Below, piece by piece: positions 40,594 through 49,963 of a stretch of 64,000 nucleotides of DNA. Under the pieces are notes generated by a model that saw only the letters and a program-made list of their open reading frames with translations, searched no databases and was not told the origin of the DNA. The position numbers and the translations under genes were made by a program. Numbering within the stretch: the stretch's first letter is position 1; the number at the start of each line of letters is the position of its first letter. Origin of the DNA: a virus; the IMG/VR virus record IMGVR_UViG_3300023174_000064, positions 82,038-146,037 of that record; one strand, 5' to 3'.

Positions 40594-41214
40594 ATGAAAT
40601 CATTTTTACAACACCTTCAAGAACGTTCTTTATTGGCTCCCATGATGTTGTCTGCTGCAATTGGTGCAGGAACTCCTCCAGAAGAACCACCACCAACAAC
40701 CACTACCACTACGACAACAAAACCCACAGAACCAAAAAAACCAAAAACAGTTACTACACAACAGTACGCAACAGATAATGCAGCAAAAAATGGTATTTTG
40801 CAATCTGAAGATTTAACTCTTGTTGGAAATTTACAAAATCCAACACCATGGAATGATAAATTTGGAGAAAAGCCGTGGTATTTTGGTAAAGCTTATTTAA
40901 ATCCACAAGCAGCAAGTGCATTTAAAAGAATGGATGACGATTACTATAAAGAAACCGGAAAACGTATAGGCATTAATAGTGCTTATAGAAGCCGACAACA
41001 GCAAGCAATGTTTGGTGGAAAATATGATGTTGCTGCTCAACCTGGGAAGTCTAGACACGGGCTAGGATTAGCGTTAGATGTTCAACCAGGAACTCCAGAA
41101 TTTAATTGGATGAAATCACGAGGTGGCAATTACGGTTGGAAATGGATGAATATTAAGAATGATGCTTGCCACTTTGGATACTGTGGAAACATGGAAGTTC
41201 CAGATAAAGATTAA
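40594..41214 (+). CDS. CTS-like-tagged M15B D-Ala-D-Ala carboxypeptidase-like protein
   Basis: MKSFLQHLQE; INSAYRS..QQ, AQPGKSRHGLGLALD, YGW...H. Confidence 0.8.
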   Translation: MKSFLQHLQERSLLAPMMLSAAIGAGTPPEEPPPTTTTTTTTKPTEPKKPKTVTTQQYATDNAAKNGILQSEDLTLVGNLQNPTPWNDKFGEKPWYFGKAYLNPQAASAFKRMDDDYYKETGKRIGINSAYRSRQQQAMFGGKYDVAAQPGKSRHGLGLALDVQPGTPEFNWMKSRGGNYGWKWMNIKNDACHFGYCGNMEVPDKD

Positions 41215-41295
41215 TTAAATTAAATAATAATTCCACGTTGACGTAATTTAAATTTCATCCAATCGTTGGCATTTTCAAAAACGGTTTTAACTGGT

Positions 41296-42144
41296 TCATA
41301 ACTTACTTTTGCTGGTTTTTTTTACTTCTTTTCTAGCTTTTATAATTTCTTTCATGCTCATTCCTGGTATTGCAGAGTGAACAAGTTTAGAGAGCAGGGC
41401 GTCTTCTTTGGCTTGAAATTTTATATCCCCTTTTTGTTTTTTCTCTCCCTCATCATAAACACCAGATAAAGCTCGTATTGTTGCTTCCTGATCTTTAGTT
41501 TGTATTCCTAACTGTGTTAAATGTTTTCCTATGTAATATTTGCTTGTTGGTACTGTGGAAAATCTTTTAACTCTATCTCCGTGAACTAATGTGATAACAT
41601 CAATTCCTTCTCTTCTATGATGAGCCGCCAATCCCATTTTTGCTCTTTGAGTATCTTCTTTTCCTAGTGGAGTTCTAGAAGAAACTTTTCCTTCTTTTGG
41701 GGGAACAGGCTTAACTCCTTGTTGTTGTAATTCTTTAGAAAGCCGTGTGGATGAAACAAGAGCGGGTCTAGGTCCACGTGAAAGAACTCCCCCTTTTATT
41801 TCCTCTCCAGTACGTCTAAATGTGGTTGGTGAAGATCTGTCCGTTTTAGATCCAACTTCTTCAAAAGAAACGTCCAATTCTCCTTTAGCCCCAGGTCTAC
41901 TAACTTTAACTACCCAACTACCAGATCCATTTTTATGTGGTATTGTGTGAGTATAATCGTGCTCATGACGATCAACATAAAAGTGCTTGTGTATATCTTT
42001 AAAAAATGCGTCTTTATTTTGTTGTGTAATTTTGTGACCTTCGTAAGAATATAATTCACCTATTGTATCCGCAGCACCGACCATCTGTGCTTCATCACCC
42101 GATTCTCTAGAGGATAAAATAGGTTGTCTAGTTATTTTGCTCAT
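41296..42144 (-). CDS. Basic hypothetical protein
   Basis: 282-aa ORF. Confidence 0.65.
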   Translation of the reverse strand: MSKITRQPILSSRESGDEAQMVGAADTIGELYSYEGHKITQQNKDAFFKDIHKHFYVDRHEHDYTHTIPHKNGSGSWVVKVSRPGAKGELDVSFEEVGSKTDRSSPTTFRRTGEEIKGGVLSRGPRPALVSSTRLSKELQQQGVKPVPPKEGKVSSRTPLGKEDTQRAKMGLAAHHRREGIDVITLVHGDRVKRFSTVPTSKYYIGKHLTQLGIQTKDQEATIRALSGVYDEGEKKQKGDIKFQAKEDALLSKLVHSAIPGMSMKEIIKARKEVKKTSKSKL

Positions 42145-42189
42145 TTGGGTTGATTAAATACTGTTATTATAAACTGAATAAAAGCATTT

Positions 42190-43380
42190 TTATTTTTGTT
42201 GATTTGCTGGATGATCTTTACCAACAACAACTGGAGAACCAGGTTCGCTTGTTGGTCGTACAGCAAAGTTTCCTGCTTTTGCTAGATTCTTCTTACCACC
42301 TTTAATACGAAGACCAGCAATAACACCTTCATTCTCACCAATACCGTTTAGTTGTTTATCCAAATAACGGTGATCGTGAGCGTCTGCATCAACAACTCGC
42401 CACTTCTTACCGGTAGCTTCGTCTACCACATGTGAAGGTAGAACACCACCGGGTTTTTCGCCTCTGCCAGCGTGAACAGCAAACACCATGGCAACAACTC
42501 CACCATTATTTAAATGTTGACGTGCGTGATGCCAATTGCTGTCTGGGCCTTGAATACCTGTAGAAGAAAATGTGAGATGGTAATTATCAGGAAGTTTTTT
42601 AGGAGTACCGTCTGTATTCATTACTCTGCTGGCTATCTTGGTGTAATCGTAAAATTGAGTGTTTTTGTGTTCGCTAAAAATTTCAGGATGTACGGTTTCC
42701 CAAGGAATATCAGAAACAACATTTAGACGAGCAACAGCTTTCTTACCTTGTTTGGCCATGGCCCGTTCGTGTGCGTCTAATTCATTGTGTAGTATTATAC
42801 CAGCACTTTTTGCTTTAGTTACTACTCTTTCTAATTTTCTTCCCCGTGCTTCTTGACTCATGGCTCCACGGCCAGTCATGTTTAAACAAGCTTTAGCACA
42901 CTCTCCGGTTGCACACGGACAAGTATTAATTAAACCGGATTGTTTTTCTGGAAGCAAAGTTAATCCTATTGTTCCTCTGTCTGGAATTGTGGATTCTTCT
43001 TTTGCTAGTTTGGGATTTCCACCTTGTGCAGTAAATAATTTAGTTCCAGGTCTAATTCCTAAATCTGCTCTTGCTGCTTTTTTTGCTTTTTTATCTCTCC
43101 AGAGTTTATGTGATTCACCCATGTCTGCTTTCATTGTTGCAAACGAATATTTTTTAGCTTCAGGTTGAGGAGCAGTGGACGCAAGAACTGGTAATGAGAT
43201 TTGTTCGCTTAAAAATTCAATATAAGTTTCAAAAGTAATGTCTTCAAATAGTTCATCAAATACTGATTCGGTTATTAAACGATCAGCAGTAGTTTCATAA
43301 TTTTCTACTATTACATCACTAATGGTTCTGAATTGTTTTCCAATAAAACGCTCTATTAATTTTTTGCTGAATGGATTCAT
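42190..43380 (-). CDS. GP88-family protein
   Basis: CPCAT.EC...CL..TGRG, RLNVVSDIPWE, QFYDYTK and YHLTFS motifs. Confidence 0.75.
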   Translation of the reverse strand: MNPFSKKLIERFIGKQFRTISDVIVENYETTADRLITESVFDELFEDITFETYIEFLSEQISLPVLASTAPQPEAKKYSFATMKADMGESHKLWRDKKAKKAARADLGIRPGTKLFTAQGGNPKLAKEESTIPDRGTIGLTLLPEKQSGLINTCPCATGECAKACLNMTGRGAMSQEARGRKLERVVTKAKSAGIILHNELDAHERAMAKQGKKAVARLNVVSDIPWETVHPEIFSEHKNTQFYDYTKIASRVMNTDGTPKKLPDNYHLTFSSTGIQGPDSNWHHARQHLNNGGVVAMVFAVHAGRGEKPGGVLPSHVVDEATGKKWRVVDADAHDHRYLDKQLNGIGENEGVIAGLRIKGGKKNLAKAGNFAVRPTSEPGSPVVVGKDHPANQQK

Positions 43381-43392
43381 TTTACTTTCCTG

Positions 43393-44112
43393 TTATAAAC
43401 TGAGTCGTTGATCTTGTTTGGATCTGAGATATTCTGTAACTTTATCTAGGTATCCTAGATTGCGTAACTCTTTGAACACCAAGTTCTCCACCGAGAACTC
43501 GCCACCTTGTTTCAGTGCAGCTGCACGCATCTCACGGAATTTAGTTTTTAATGCTTCAAACGCTTCATCTTCCGCACTGGTACTGATTAGCGTATCAATC
43601 TTTTCCACGTACTGTTCAACTTTACGTTTGATGCCCGGATCTTTCAGATTGACTTCTTTCTTTACCGGTTGAACCAACCACTTATCATTCTTGACACTGT
43701 ACACGCCTTGATCTTTGGTGTACGCGGTATCTTTGTCTTGAGCGTACAGTTCAACGTCGTGTCCGTAAATTTTAATATCGTGGACGAGCCCCCATAGTTG
43801 TTTCTTGCCACGCAGGTACTCGTCAAGTAGTCCTTCGCATTCTGGAATCTTATCCATGTCAACCACAACGTGCAGATCAATGTCTGAATACGGTGTGTAG
43901 TTGTAATTGGCGTTACCACCAACTAAAATAATGTCAGTGATTGCCGCAGGAGGAATCTTGGCGAATCCTGCCCAGGTTCTGGCAATCATCATCAGCTTGG
44001 CACGAACTTCAGACTTCAATTTGGTGTCATCCCAAATTTTGAGATTTAACTCGTCATGATACTGCAGTGTTAACTCTACTGCTTCTCGTAAAATGTTCCG
44101 GAAAGATTTCAT
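43393..44112 (-). CDS. CTS-like-tagged Pol-beta-type nucleotidyltransferase
   Basis: MKSFRNILREA; GGNANYNYTPYSDIDLHVV; GEFSVENLVFKELR. Confidence 0.8.
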   Translation of the reverse strand: MKSFRNILREAVELTLQYHDELNLKIWDDTKLKSEVRAKLMMIARTWAGFAKIPPAAITDIILVGGNANYNYTPYSDIDLHVVVDMDKIPECEGLLDEYLRGKKQLWGLVHDIKIYGHDVELYAQDKDTAYTKDQGVYSVKNDKWLVQPVKKEVNLKDPGIKRKVEQYVEKIDTLISTSAEDEAFEALKTKFREMRAAALKQGGEFSVENLVFKELRNLGYLDKVTEYLRSKQDQRLSL

Positions 44113-44942
44113 TAGTCAATCTTGTCTGGATTGCCGTTCATGTAGTCGTGTACTGAACTAATGTAGTCTTTAGCCTTGGTGATTTTGGATTGTACCCAAG
44201 CTTCTAGTTGGGTGTCGTCCTTCATCATGCTTGCAAGCTCTTGAGCCTTTTGTGCAAGAACTTTTAGTTCACCGATAGCCATTTGACCTTCGGTGTCTCG
44301 TTCCTCGTATATTTTTGGCATACTTGGAAGTGAGCCGGTTACCGAATTGTACATCTTCTTGTTAGCGTTTAGAACACTGTTTAACAAACCGCTGCCGGTT
44401 GTTGCAGGTACTGTAGATTGTGGTGCAGGTGTGCGTATTGGGATGCTGGGTATCTTATCTTGATAGACTGGATATTTTCCACGTATATTATCGTTTGGGT
44501 TCTCTTTATCCGGAAGAATACGGTCGTATCCAGATGTTGGTTTTGGAGTTGGAGTAGTATTATCTTCTACTCCAATAAGGTTTCCGTCTGGACCGTAAAT
44601 TGGTTTTCCTGGTTGTGCACCACCCCATGCGCCGGTTCCGGGTTTTGGTTTGCTGCCACCCCAACTGCCGTCTCCAGGAGTTGGTGTTGGCTTGGGTTTT
44701 GGAAACCATGAAGGAAGTGGACGTTCCGGAGCGTCCTTTTTTCTTATCCATCGGTTTCGTGGTTTATAATTAAGACCTACTAATTTGCGATCATATAGTA
44801 TCTCCCAACCACCGTCGTCGGTTGGTGGTTTTGACATATCACTCATTGGATCATAAAATGGGGTATATGGGGTATATGTAATTTTATCTTCACTAACAAT
44901 TTTTTTCCAGGTTTCGTGTAATGCTTTGGTGATGGGATCCAT
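44112..44942 (-). CDS. Pro-rich protein with C-terminal LEAWVQSKIT module
   Basis: Start MDPITKALHE after TATAAATA (44960-44967); C-terminal module recurrent in T4-like phages. Confidence 0.65.
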   Translation of the reverse strand: MDPITKALHETWKKIVSEDKITYTPYTPFYDPMSDMSKPPTDDGGWEILYDRKLVGLNYKPRNRWIRKKDAPERPLPSWFPKPKPTPTPGDGSWGGSKPKPGTGAWGGAQPGKPIYGPDGNLIGVEDNTTPTPKPTSGYDRILPDKENPNDNIRGKYPVYQDKIPSIPIRTPAPQSTVPATTGSGLLNSVLNANKKMYNSVTGSLPSMPKIYEERDTEGQMAIGELKVLAQKAQELASMMKDDTQLEAWVQSKITKAKDYISSVHDYMNGNPDKID

Positions 44943-44974
44943 ATAATTTCCTTTTTTAGTATTTATACAAAATG

Positions 44975-45003
44975 AAAACCCCCGGATTTCTCCGAGGGTT
45001 TCC
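44975..45003 (-). terminator. Intrinsic terminator
   Basis: AAACCCTCGGA-GAAA-TCCGGGGGTTTT on the minus strand. Confidence 0.75.
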
Positions 45004-45025
45004 AAAGACCTAAGAGATTACAGGA

Positions 45026-45184
45026 TCACTTGGCGGCGCAAGCACTCACAGCAGCAACCCCAGACCACACCCAAGCAATGGTCTTTACAGCGTAGGGAAG
45101 CACAGCAAGAAACAGCGCAACTTGAAGAGGATTCTTCCAGCAGAATCCACCGCTAACCGGACATGACTTATTATTAGTACTCAT
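45026..45184 (-). CDS. Small membrane protein (52 aa)
   Basis: AAAGGAGA RBS; MSTNNKSCPVSGGFCWKNPLQVALFLAVLPYAV.. Confidence 0.65.
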   Translation of the reverse strand: MSTNNKSCPVSGGFCWKNPLQVALFLAVLPYAVKTIAWVWSGVAAVSACAAK

Positions 45185-45267
45185 TAGTGTCTCCTTTATA
45201 AAATGCCTTCCCGAAAGAAGGTAAGATATCTAGCAGGATTCCACTAATTTTTCCGTTTTAGGAAAAC

Positions 45268-45813
45268 TTAAAAAACCTCGTTTATAGCGTGAATAACGCC
45301 TTTTTGAATGCCAGCATTTGGAAAAACTGCATGAACTGTCTTTAAGTACGATTCTAGGTTCTGGTTACGCTGCCACGAATCTTTCTTGGTTTGTTTTCCT
45401 ACACCACTTTTATCACCAGGATATACGGATATAAACAATCTGCCACCCGGCTTCAAGTGCGATTGTGCGGCTTTCAGTACGTCAAGATGAACTTCTGGTT
45501 CTTTGATTGTGTTCAGCACGTTGAATAAAGTCACAGTGTCTGCGCCTCCGCGAGCCTTCACGGTTTCCGCCACTTTTTTATTGTGTTCTTCTGAACGATT
45601 GAACGGATCCAGCACGTGACTTTCCACTCCGTGTTTGGCTAAAAAGTTCACACCGTGATCGTACTTGCCACCACCCAGATCCACATTAAGTGTGTCCGGC
45701 TTCCATCCAATATGTTTGGCAACAGTACTAAACCCTTTGGCCACTTGCGATTGTGAGGTTCCGGCAGATGAAAACTCTTGAGCTTCTTGTAAGTGTTGTT
45801 TAAATGTTTTCAC
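45268..45813 (-). CDS. CTS-like-tagged class I SAM methyltransferase
   Basis: MKTFKQHLQEA; VDLGGG, DTVTLFNVLN and LKPGG motifs. Confidence 0.8.
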   Translation of the reverse strand: MKTFKQHLQEAQEFSSAGTSQSQVAKGFSTVAKHIGWKPDTLNVDLGGGKYDHGVNFLAKHGVESHVLDPFNRSEEHNKKVAETVKARGGADTVTLFNVLNTIKEPEVHLDVLKAAQSHLKPGGRLFISVYPGDKSGVGKQTKKDSWQRNQNLESYLKTVHAVFPNAGIQKGVIHAINEVF

Positions 45814-47513
45814 GAAGGATCTCCTGGCGATTTTATTGTTCCTGCTTCTCGTAGTCGTTGCCTAATTTCAGGAGTAACTCGGTTTGAAAATGCCTGAAGT
45901 CTGCGAACCGTATTAGAATCTCCACCGTTTCTGTATAAATCTATAAATCCACGTTTATCAACTGTATTAGTTTTTCCTGTTTCCCAATCAGTTTCTTGTT
46001 CTGTATACTTTGGTTTAGAGTGGTGTAGTATTTGAAACAGGTGTTCGTCTGATAATGTATGCGGATGATGTTCTGCAATATACATTCGTAATGGTTCAGA
46101 TCCTGTTGTTACAGCTTTAGTTAACAGGTGATCTATATTCATGTCTTCTTTTTTTCGTGCGGCCCATCGTTTTCTTTCTGGACTGCCCATAGAATCCAGA
46201 GCCCATCTCATGGCAGATATTTGCACTGCGTGATTTGGGTGTTCCAGTGCAGTTTCTGCGTGTTCGGGATGCATAGCCGCCATTCGTTGGCCTGCTTGTG
46301 GAACAGCCCACTGAGCAACAAGAGGATCAGGATCGCGTAGTGCACGGTGCATTTGTTCTCGGTCGTATACGTTTCGTGCTCCGTGACTACGAACTATAGG
46401 ATCTTCACTGTCTAATAGCTTACCGACAATATCAGGAGTGATGAGTTGTTTTCTTTCAGAGGAACTCATATCATCCACATGCATCATTGCTTGTTTAACA
46501 GTTTCGCGTCCTCCTTTGGTGAGTGCATCGCGTAATTGTTTGTGTGAAACTGGGTGAGTGTATTTTGCTGAAGCCAAATGTGCTGCTTTCATTCGGTCTG
46601 CTTGTGTGTCTGATTTGGTAGGAACATCTAAAATTTTACTTAGATGTTCTTGTTTATCAGTGTGATTGTCTGTGTGAATATTTTGGTAGTGCATGTAGTC
46701 ACGCATACCATGAATAGCACCACGGGCTTCTGAATCTTTTATTTCTGGAAGAGGTCTGTGTGGATCAGACAGGACTTGCATTTGTTCTGGATTTTTGTCA
46801 TTGGTCCATACCGGAAGATCTTTTTCATTCATAAATTGAATCTGATCGTCTTCGCTTCTATCTTTTACAGGCACATTAATCTGGTACCGTTCTCCCTTGT
46901 ATTTGGGAGCTTTAGGTATCAGCGCGTACAGTGGAGCTTTTTCATTGTAATGCTGAAACCTGTTGCCTTCGCCAGTGGGAGCGGTACACCAGTTGGTACC
47001 ACGACCCACAGCACACGCTGCGGTTTTGGTACGGGGTTGCACGATTGACCAGTGTTCGTTTTCACCGTGAACAGTGTATTCGTCTGGAGACAATCCACCC
47101 AACGATTCATCTGAAACTGGATACACTTTTGCAAGATGGGCGTGTAGTGCACCGGCTCCTTGAATTCTGGCTAAACTGGCATCACTCTTGCCTTCTGCTC
47201 GGGCTTGACGTAAACGTTTCAGATTGGGTATAACTGTGCTATGTACGTCTTCTTCTCGCTGAATTCCTCCACCATGAAAATGTTTCAGAACCCATCGGCC
47301 TTCTTCAGTTGTTAGATCATGTAAACCTAAAGAGTGTGAAATAATATTAGTTTTTGATTCGGGTGTTTGTGCTCCACGATTAGTGTTGTTACGATAATGT
47401 GTGAGTTGTCCTAGTTTATCCAAAATAGCATCACCATGCTGACCAATAAACTGATGCCATGCTTTATTTTCAAGCAGGAACGCTTCTTCCAGATATTGAC
47501 GGAACGATAACAT
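45810..47513 (-). CDS. CTS-like-tagged protein with GTNWCT motif and HEAT-like repeats
   Basis: MLSFRQYLEEA; GRGTNWCTA...FQHY; LLDSEDPIVR/LRDPDPLVA repeats. Confidence 0.6.
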   Translation of the reverse strand: MLSFRQYLEEAFLLENKAWHQFIGQHGDAILDKLGQLTHYRNNTNRGAQTPESKTNIISHSLGLHDLTTEEGRWVLKHFHGGGIQREEDVHSTVIPNLKRLRQARAEGKSDASLARIQGAGALHAHLAKVYPVSDESLGGLSPDEYTVHGENEHWSIVQPRTKTAACAVGRGTNWCTAPTGEGNRFQHYNEKAPLYALIPKAPKYKGERYQINVPVKDRSEDDQIQFMNEKDLPVWTNDKNPEQMQVLSDPHRPLPEIKDSEARGAIHGMRDYMHYQNIHTDNHTDKQEHLSKILDVPTKSDTQADRMKAAHLASAKYTHPVSHKQLRDALTKGGRETVKQAMMHVDDMSSSERKQLITPDIVGKLLDSEDPIVRSHGARNVYDREQMHRALRDPDPLVAQWAVPQAGQRMAAMHPEHAETALEHPNHAVQISAMRWALDSMGSPERKRWAARKKEDMNIDHLLTKAVTTGSEPLRMYIAEHHPHTLSDEHLFQILHHSKPKYTEQETDWETGKTNTVDKRGFIDLYRNGGDSNTVRRLQAFSNRVTPEIRQRLREAGTIKSPGDPS

Positions 47514-47728
47514 CAGTCTGGTCCACCAATCATTTTTGCGATCTCAGGATTTTCCAGTTCTTTCGACGGTTTTTTTTGCAGAATAGATTTGCGCTGATTT
47601 TTCAACCAGCTTTGGTAGTACAACTCCATTTCAGGTTGTGTCATACCACCGTGCTCGGGTGCGCCTTCGTAGTCCGCGTCTTGGGGTTGTTCGTCGGCTT
47701 CCGAGATGTACTGTAAAAATGATTTCAT
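47513..47728 (-). CDS. CTS-like-tagged small protein
   Basis: MKSFLQYISEA. Confidence 0.65.
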   Translation of the reverse strand: MKSFLQYISEADEQPQDADYEGAPEHGGMTQPEMELYYQSWLKNQRKSILQKKPSKELENPEIAKMIGGPD

Positions 47729-48030
47729 TCGCAGTTCCACTTTCTCAGAGCTTTATTGATGCGTGAGTCTGGATCACGTGCTGTTTTGGCAGACGTTAAC
47801 TTTCGCTTCATGCCTTTCATTCGGCGACAAAATGAAAGTCTGCGCTTGGCTTTCTTGGAGCCCTTTTTTAATTTTTTTGGATCGGTGGTGACAGCAGTTT
47901 GCAGCTTGCTGCCCGGGTTTTCGCGTCGATAAGACTCAACGCCTTTTTTATTCAAACCACCTTCTGGATCTTTACCGGCTTTCCGGGTCCACGCGGCAGA
48001 TTCTTGCAGATGTTGGAGAAATGATTTCAT
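47725..48030 (-). CDS. CTS-like-tagged basic protein (DUF6321-like)
   Basis: MKSFLQHLQE; GKDPEGGLN..G...SFC.RM.G...DPDSRINKALRKWNC. Confidence 0.75.
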   Translation of the reverse strand: MKSFLQHLQESAAWTRKAGKDPEGGLNKKGVESYRRENPGSKLQTAVTTDPKKLKKGSKKAKRRLSFCRRMKGMKRKLTSAKTARDPDSRINKALRKWNCE

Positions 48031-48038
48031 GTAATTGT

Positions 48039-48416
48039 TTACGCGTAGGGGTAGTGTGGATTGGTGGTGTCGTCTAAATCGCGTTGTTGTTTTTCTAAAT
48101 TTTGTAAATGTTTAAATTCTGAATCACTGGCTTTTCGTATAGGATTATCTGTTCCATATTTAAAAGCAGCGTCTTGAACCCATTGTTTAATTGCGTTATC
48201 TGCTTTTTGCGTATCAATTTCTAGTTCGGTGGGTTCACGAAATGGTTCTAGTCTTTCCAGATCTTTGTCTGGTCTGGCTAACTCTCGTGCTCTTTGTCGT
48301 GCTTGTTCGTCTTCTAATTGTTTGACTGCTCGATGAGTGTTCACAGCATCATCCATCGGCTGTTCTTGTTCTGGAGTTAATCCAGCTTCTTGCAGATAAT
48401 GTAGAAACGATTTCAT
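48039..48416 (-). CDS. CTS-like-tagged hypothetical protein
   Basis: MKSFLHYLQEA. Confidence 0.7.
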   Translation of the reverse strand: MKSFLHYLQEAGLTPEQEQPMDDAVNTHRAVKQLEDEQARQRARELARPDKDLERLEPFREPTELEIDTQKADNAIKQWVQDAAFKYGTDNPIRKASDSEFKHLQNLEKQQRDLDDTTNPHYPYA

Positions 48417-48808
48417 CTGTTTGCGTCGCGTTCTTGCTTTTCTTTTGCTAGTTGAGCCAGTCGTTCTGGAGTGTATCCAGCTTTGGCTGCTTGTTGTTTT
48501 CCAGAATCAGTGAGATCGTTTCCAATTTTAGGTGTTGGAAGATCAGTACCAGGCACAGGACCTGGGCCTAAACCTAAACCGGTGGATTGTGTTGCGTATG
48601 AATCACCTTGTTTCCAATTGTCTAACATTTTTTCACTACTGTTTTGACGCCAAGTGTCACCAAACGGTACCCCACTTTTCTTATCTTGTACGTCTTGTGC
48701 TGCCGCGTGTAGTGGACGAACTTGTGGGTGTACTGGTGGTTTGGTTGTGTCTGTATTTTCTAAAATTTTATTTACGGTTTCTATTAATCGGCGGGTAATT
48801 GGATCCAT
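48413..48808 (-). CDS. Hypothetical protein with MDPIT-type N-terminus
   Basis: MDPITRRLIETVNKILE; TATAAATA at 48827-48834. Confidence 0.7.
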   Translation of the reverse strand: MDPITRRLIETVNKILENTDTTKPPVHPQVRPLHAAAQDVQDKKSGVPFGDTWRQNSSEKMLDNWKQGDSYATQSTGLGLGPGPVPGTDLPTPKIGNDLTDSGKQQAAKAGYTPERLAQLAKEKQERDANR

Positions 48809-48836
48809 TTGAAATTCCTTTTTTATTATTTATATG

Positions 48837-49409
48837 TTAACGAATTTTTTTTTGCCACGCGGCAGACTCTGTGATATTTACAGGAGTCATGGCTGCGGGT
48901 CCTGCCGATCCACTACTTTTATCTTTTGGTTTTGGTTTACCAGAACCGGTTGAAACAAAAGTAGCGTTAGCGTCTGGATCTATAGGTCTAAACATTAGTG
49001 TATCAATCACGTTTTGGCGAAACGTTTGAGTTAATTCGTCGTGAGTTCTTTGTTTAAAATTATATCCAGTTCCTGCTGCGTCTCGTTTGGCAACAGCTCG
49101 AAACCCTGCAGGATTTCCGTATAATTCTCCGGTCATTCGGTCTTGATCAAAAGCGGTTCCCACATCTGTTCTCCACGCTTTTTCTTTGTCCATATTCATT
49201 TCTCTGTTCATAGCGTTTGCATATGCGGCAGATATTATCCAACCGGATTCGTTTCCTCCAGCCGGACTATATGCTGTAGCAAATAAAGCTTTTTGTTTGT
49301 CGTATTCTTCTCGTTGCTTTTTTGCTTCTTCTCCTGCGTCTGCAGGTAATGCGGATCTGGGGGCGTAAAATTGTTGCTGTTCTGTGATGTATTGGAGAAA
49401 TGATTTCAT
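48837..49409 (-). CDS. CTS-like-tagged hypothetical protein
   Basis: MKSFLQYITEQ. Confidence 0.7.
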   Translation of the reverse strand: MKSFLQYITEQQQFYAPRSALPADAGEEAKKQREEYDKQKALFATAYSPAGGNESGWIISAAYANAMNREMNMDKEKAWRTDVGTAFDQDRMTGELYGNPAGFRAVAKRDAAGTGYNFKQRTHDELTQTFRQNVIDTLMFRPIDPDANATFVSTGSGKPKPKDKSSGSAGPAAMTPVNITESAAWQKKIR

Positions 49410-49943
49410 TTAAAATCCTTCTGCAGAGTAATTAAGACCCGACGAATCCATAGTTTCTTTGTGGCGGGCAAGATTTGAAACAAACTTTACAGCGTAATGT
49501 TTACTTATTTCTTCTAGCGGATTTTCTATAACACGCTGAGACACAGGGCTGGGTGCGCGTTCACCCGGAGCAAAATACTCTGCTCCTACGGTTTGTTGGA
49601 ATCCTTGACGAACATTGTATTGGGATAATACGGGGCGATGGCTTTGTATTGCTTCACGGTCTGCTTCATCAAAGTACACTGTGGGTTTACTGTTCTTTGT
49701 GCGTGCTCCGGTGGTTATCCAACGAGTGGCACGAGGAACTGCATATGTTAGAACGTGGTGCAACTTGCCGGTAAACAATCCTGTGCGACGTGACCAGTCT
49801 GCGGGAGGATTCCATCCGGCCACGTTTCCTGATTCTGAACCGTCTGGAGAAATGGCGTACTCGTGTGCTTCAGGAGTTACCTGTTGATCATCAAATCTGT
49901 ACAGTTTTCCGGATTCTGTGATGTGCTGGAGAAACGATTTCAT
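49410..49943 (-). CDS. CTS-like-tagged hypothetical protein
   Basis: MKSFLQHITES; late promoter upstream. Confidence 0.7.
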   Translation of the reverse strand: MKSFLQHITESGKLYRFDDQQVTPEAHEYAISPDGSESGNVAGWNPPADWSRRTGLFTGKLHHVLTYAVPRATRWITTGARTKNSKPTVYFDEADREAIQSHRPVLSQYNVRQGFQQTVGAEYFAPGERAPSPVSQRVIENPLEEISKHYAVKFVSNLARHKETMDSSGLNYSAEGF

Positions 49944-49949
49944 TTTAAA

Positions 49950-49957
49950 TATTTATA
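49950..49957 (-). promoter_or_regulatory. T4-type late promoter TATAAATA (others at 20949+, 21981+, 24718-, 37865-, 40569-, 44960-, 48827-)
   Basis: Exact gp55 consensus just upstream of late ORFs; gp33 present. Confidence 0.75.
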
Positions 49958-49963
49958 AGAACT

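Noticed and set aside
44943-45005. Upstream TTG start (METLGEIRG) for the 44112 ORF
   Set aside because: Runs through a terminator and late promoter; the MDPIT start is better supported
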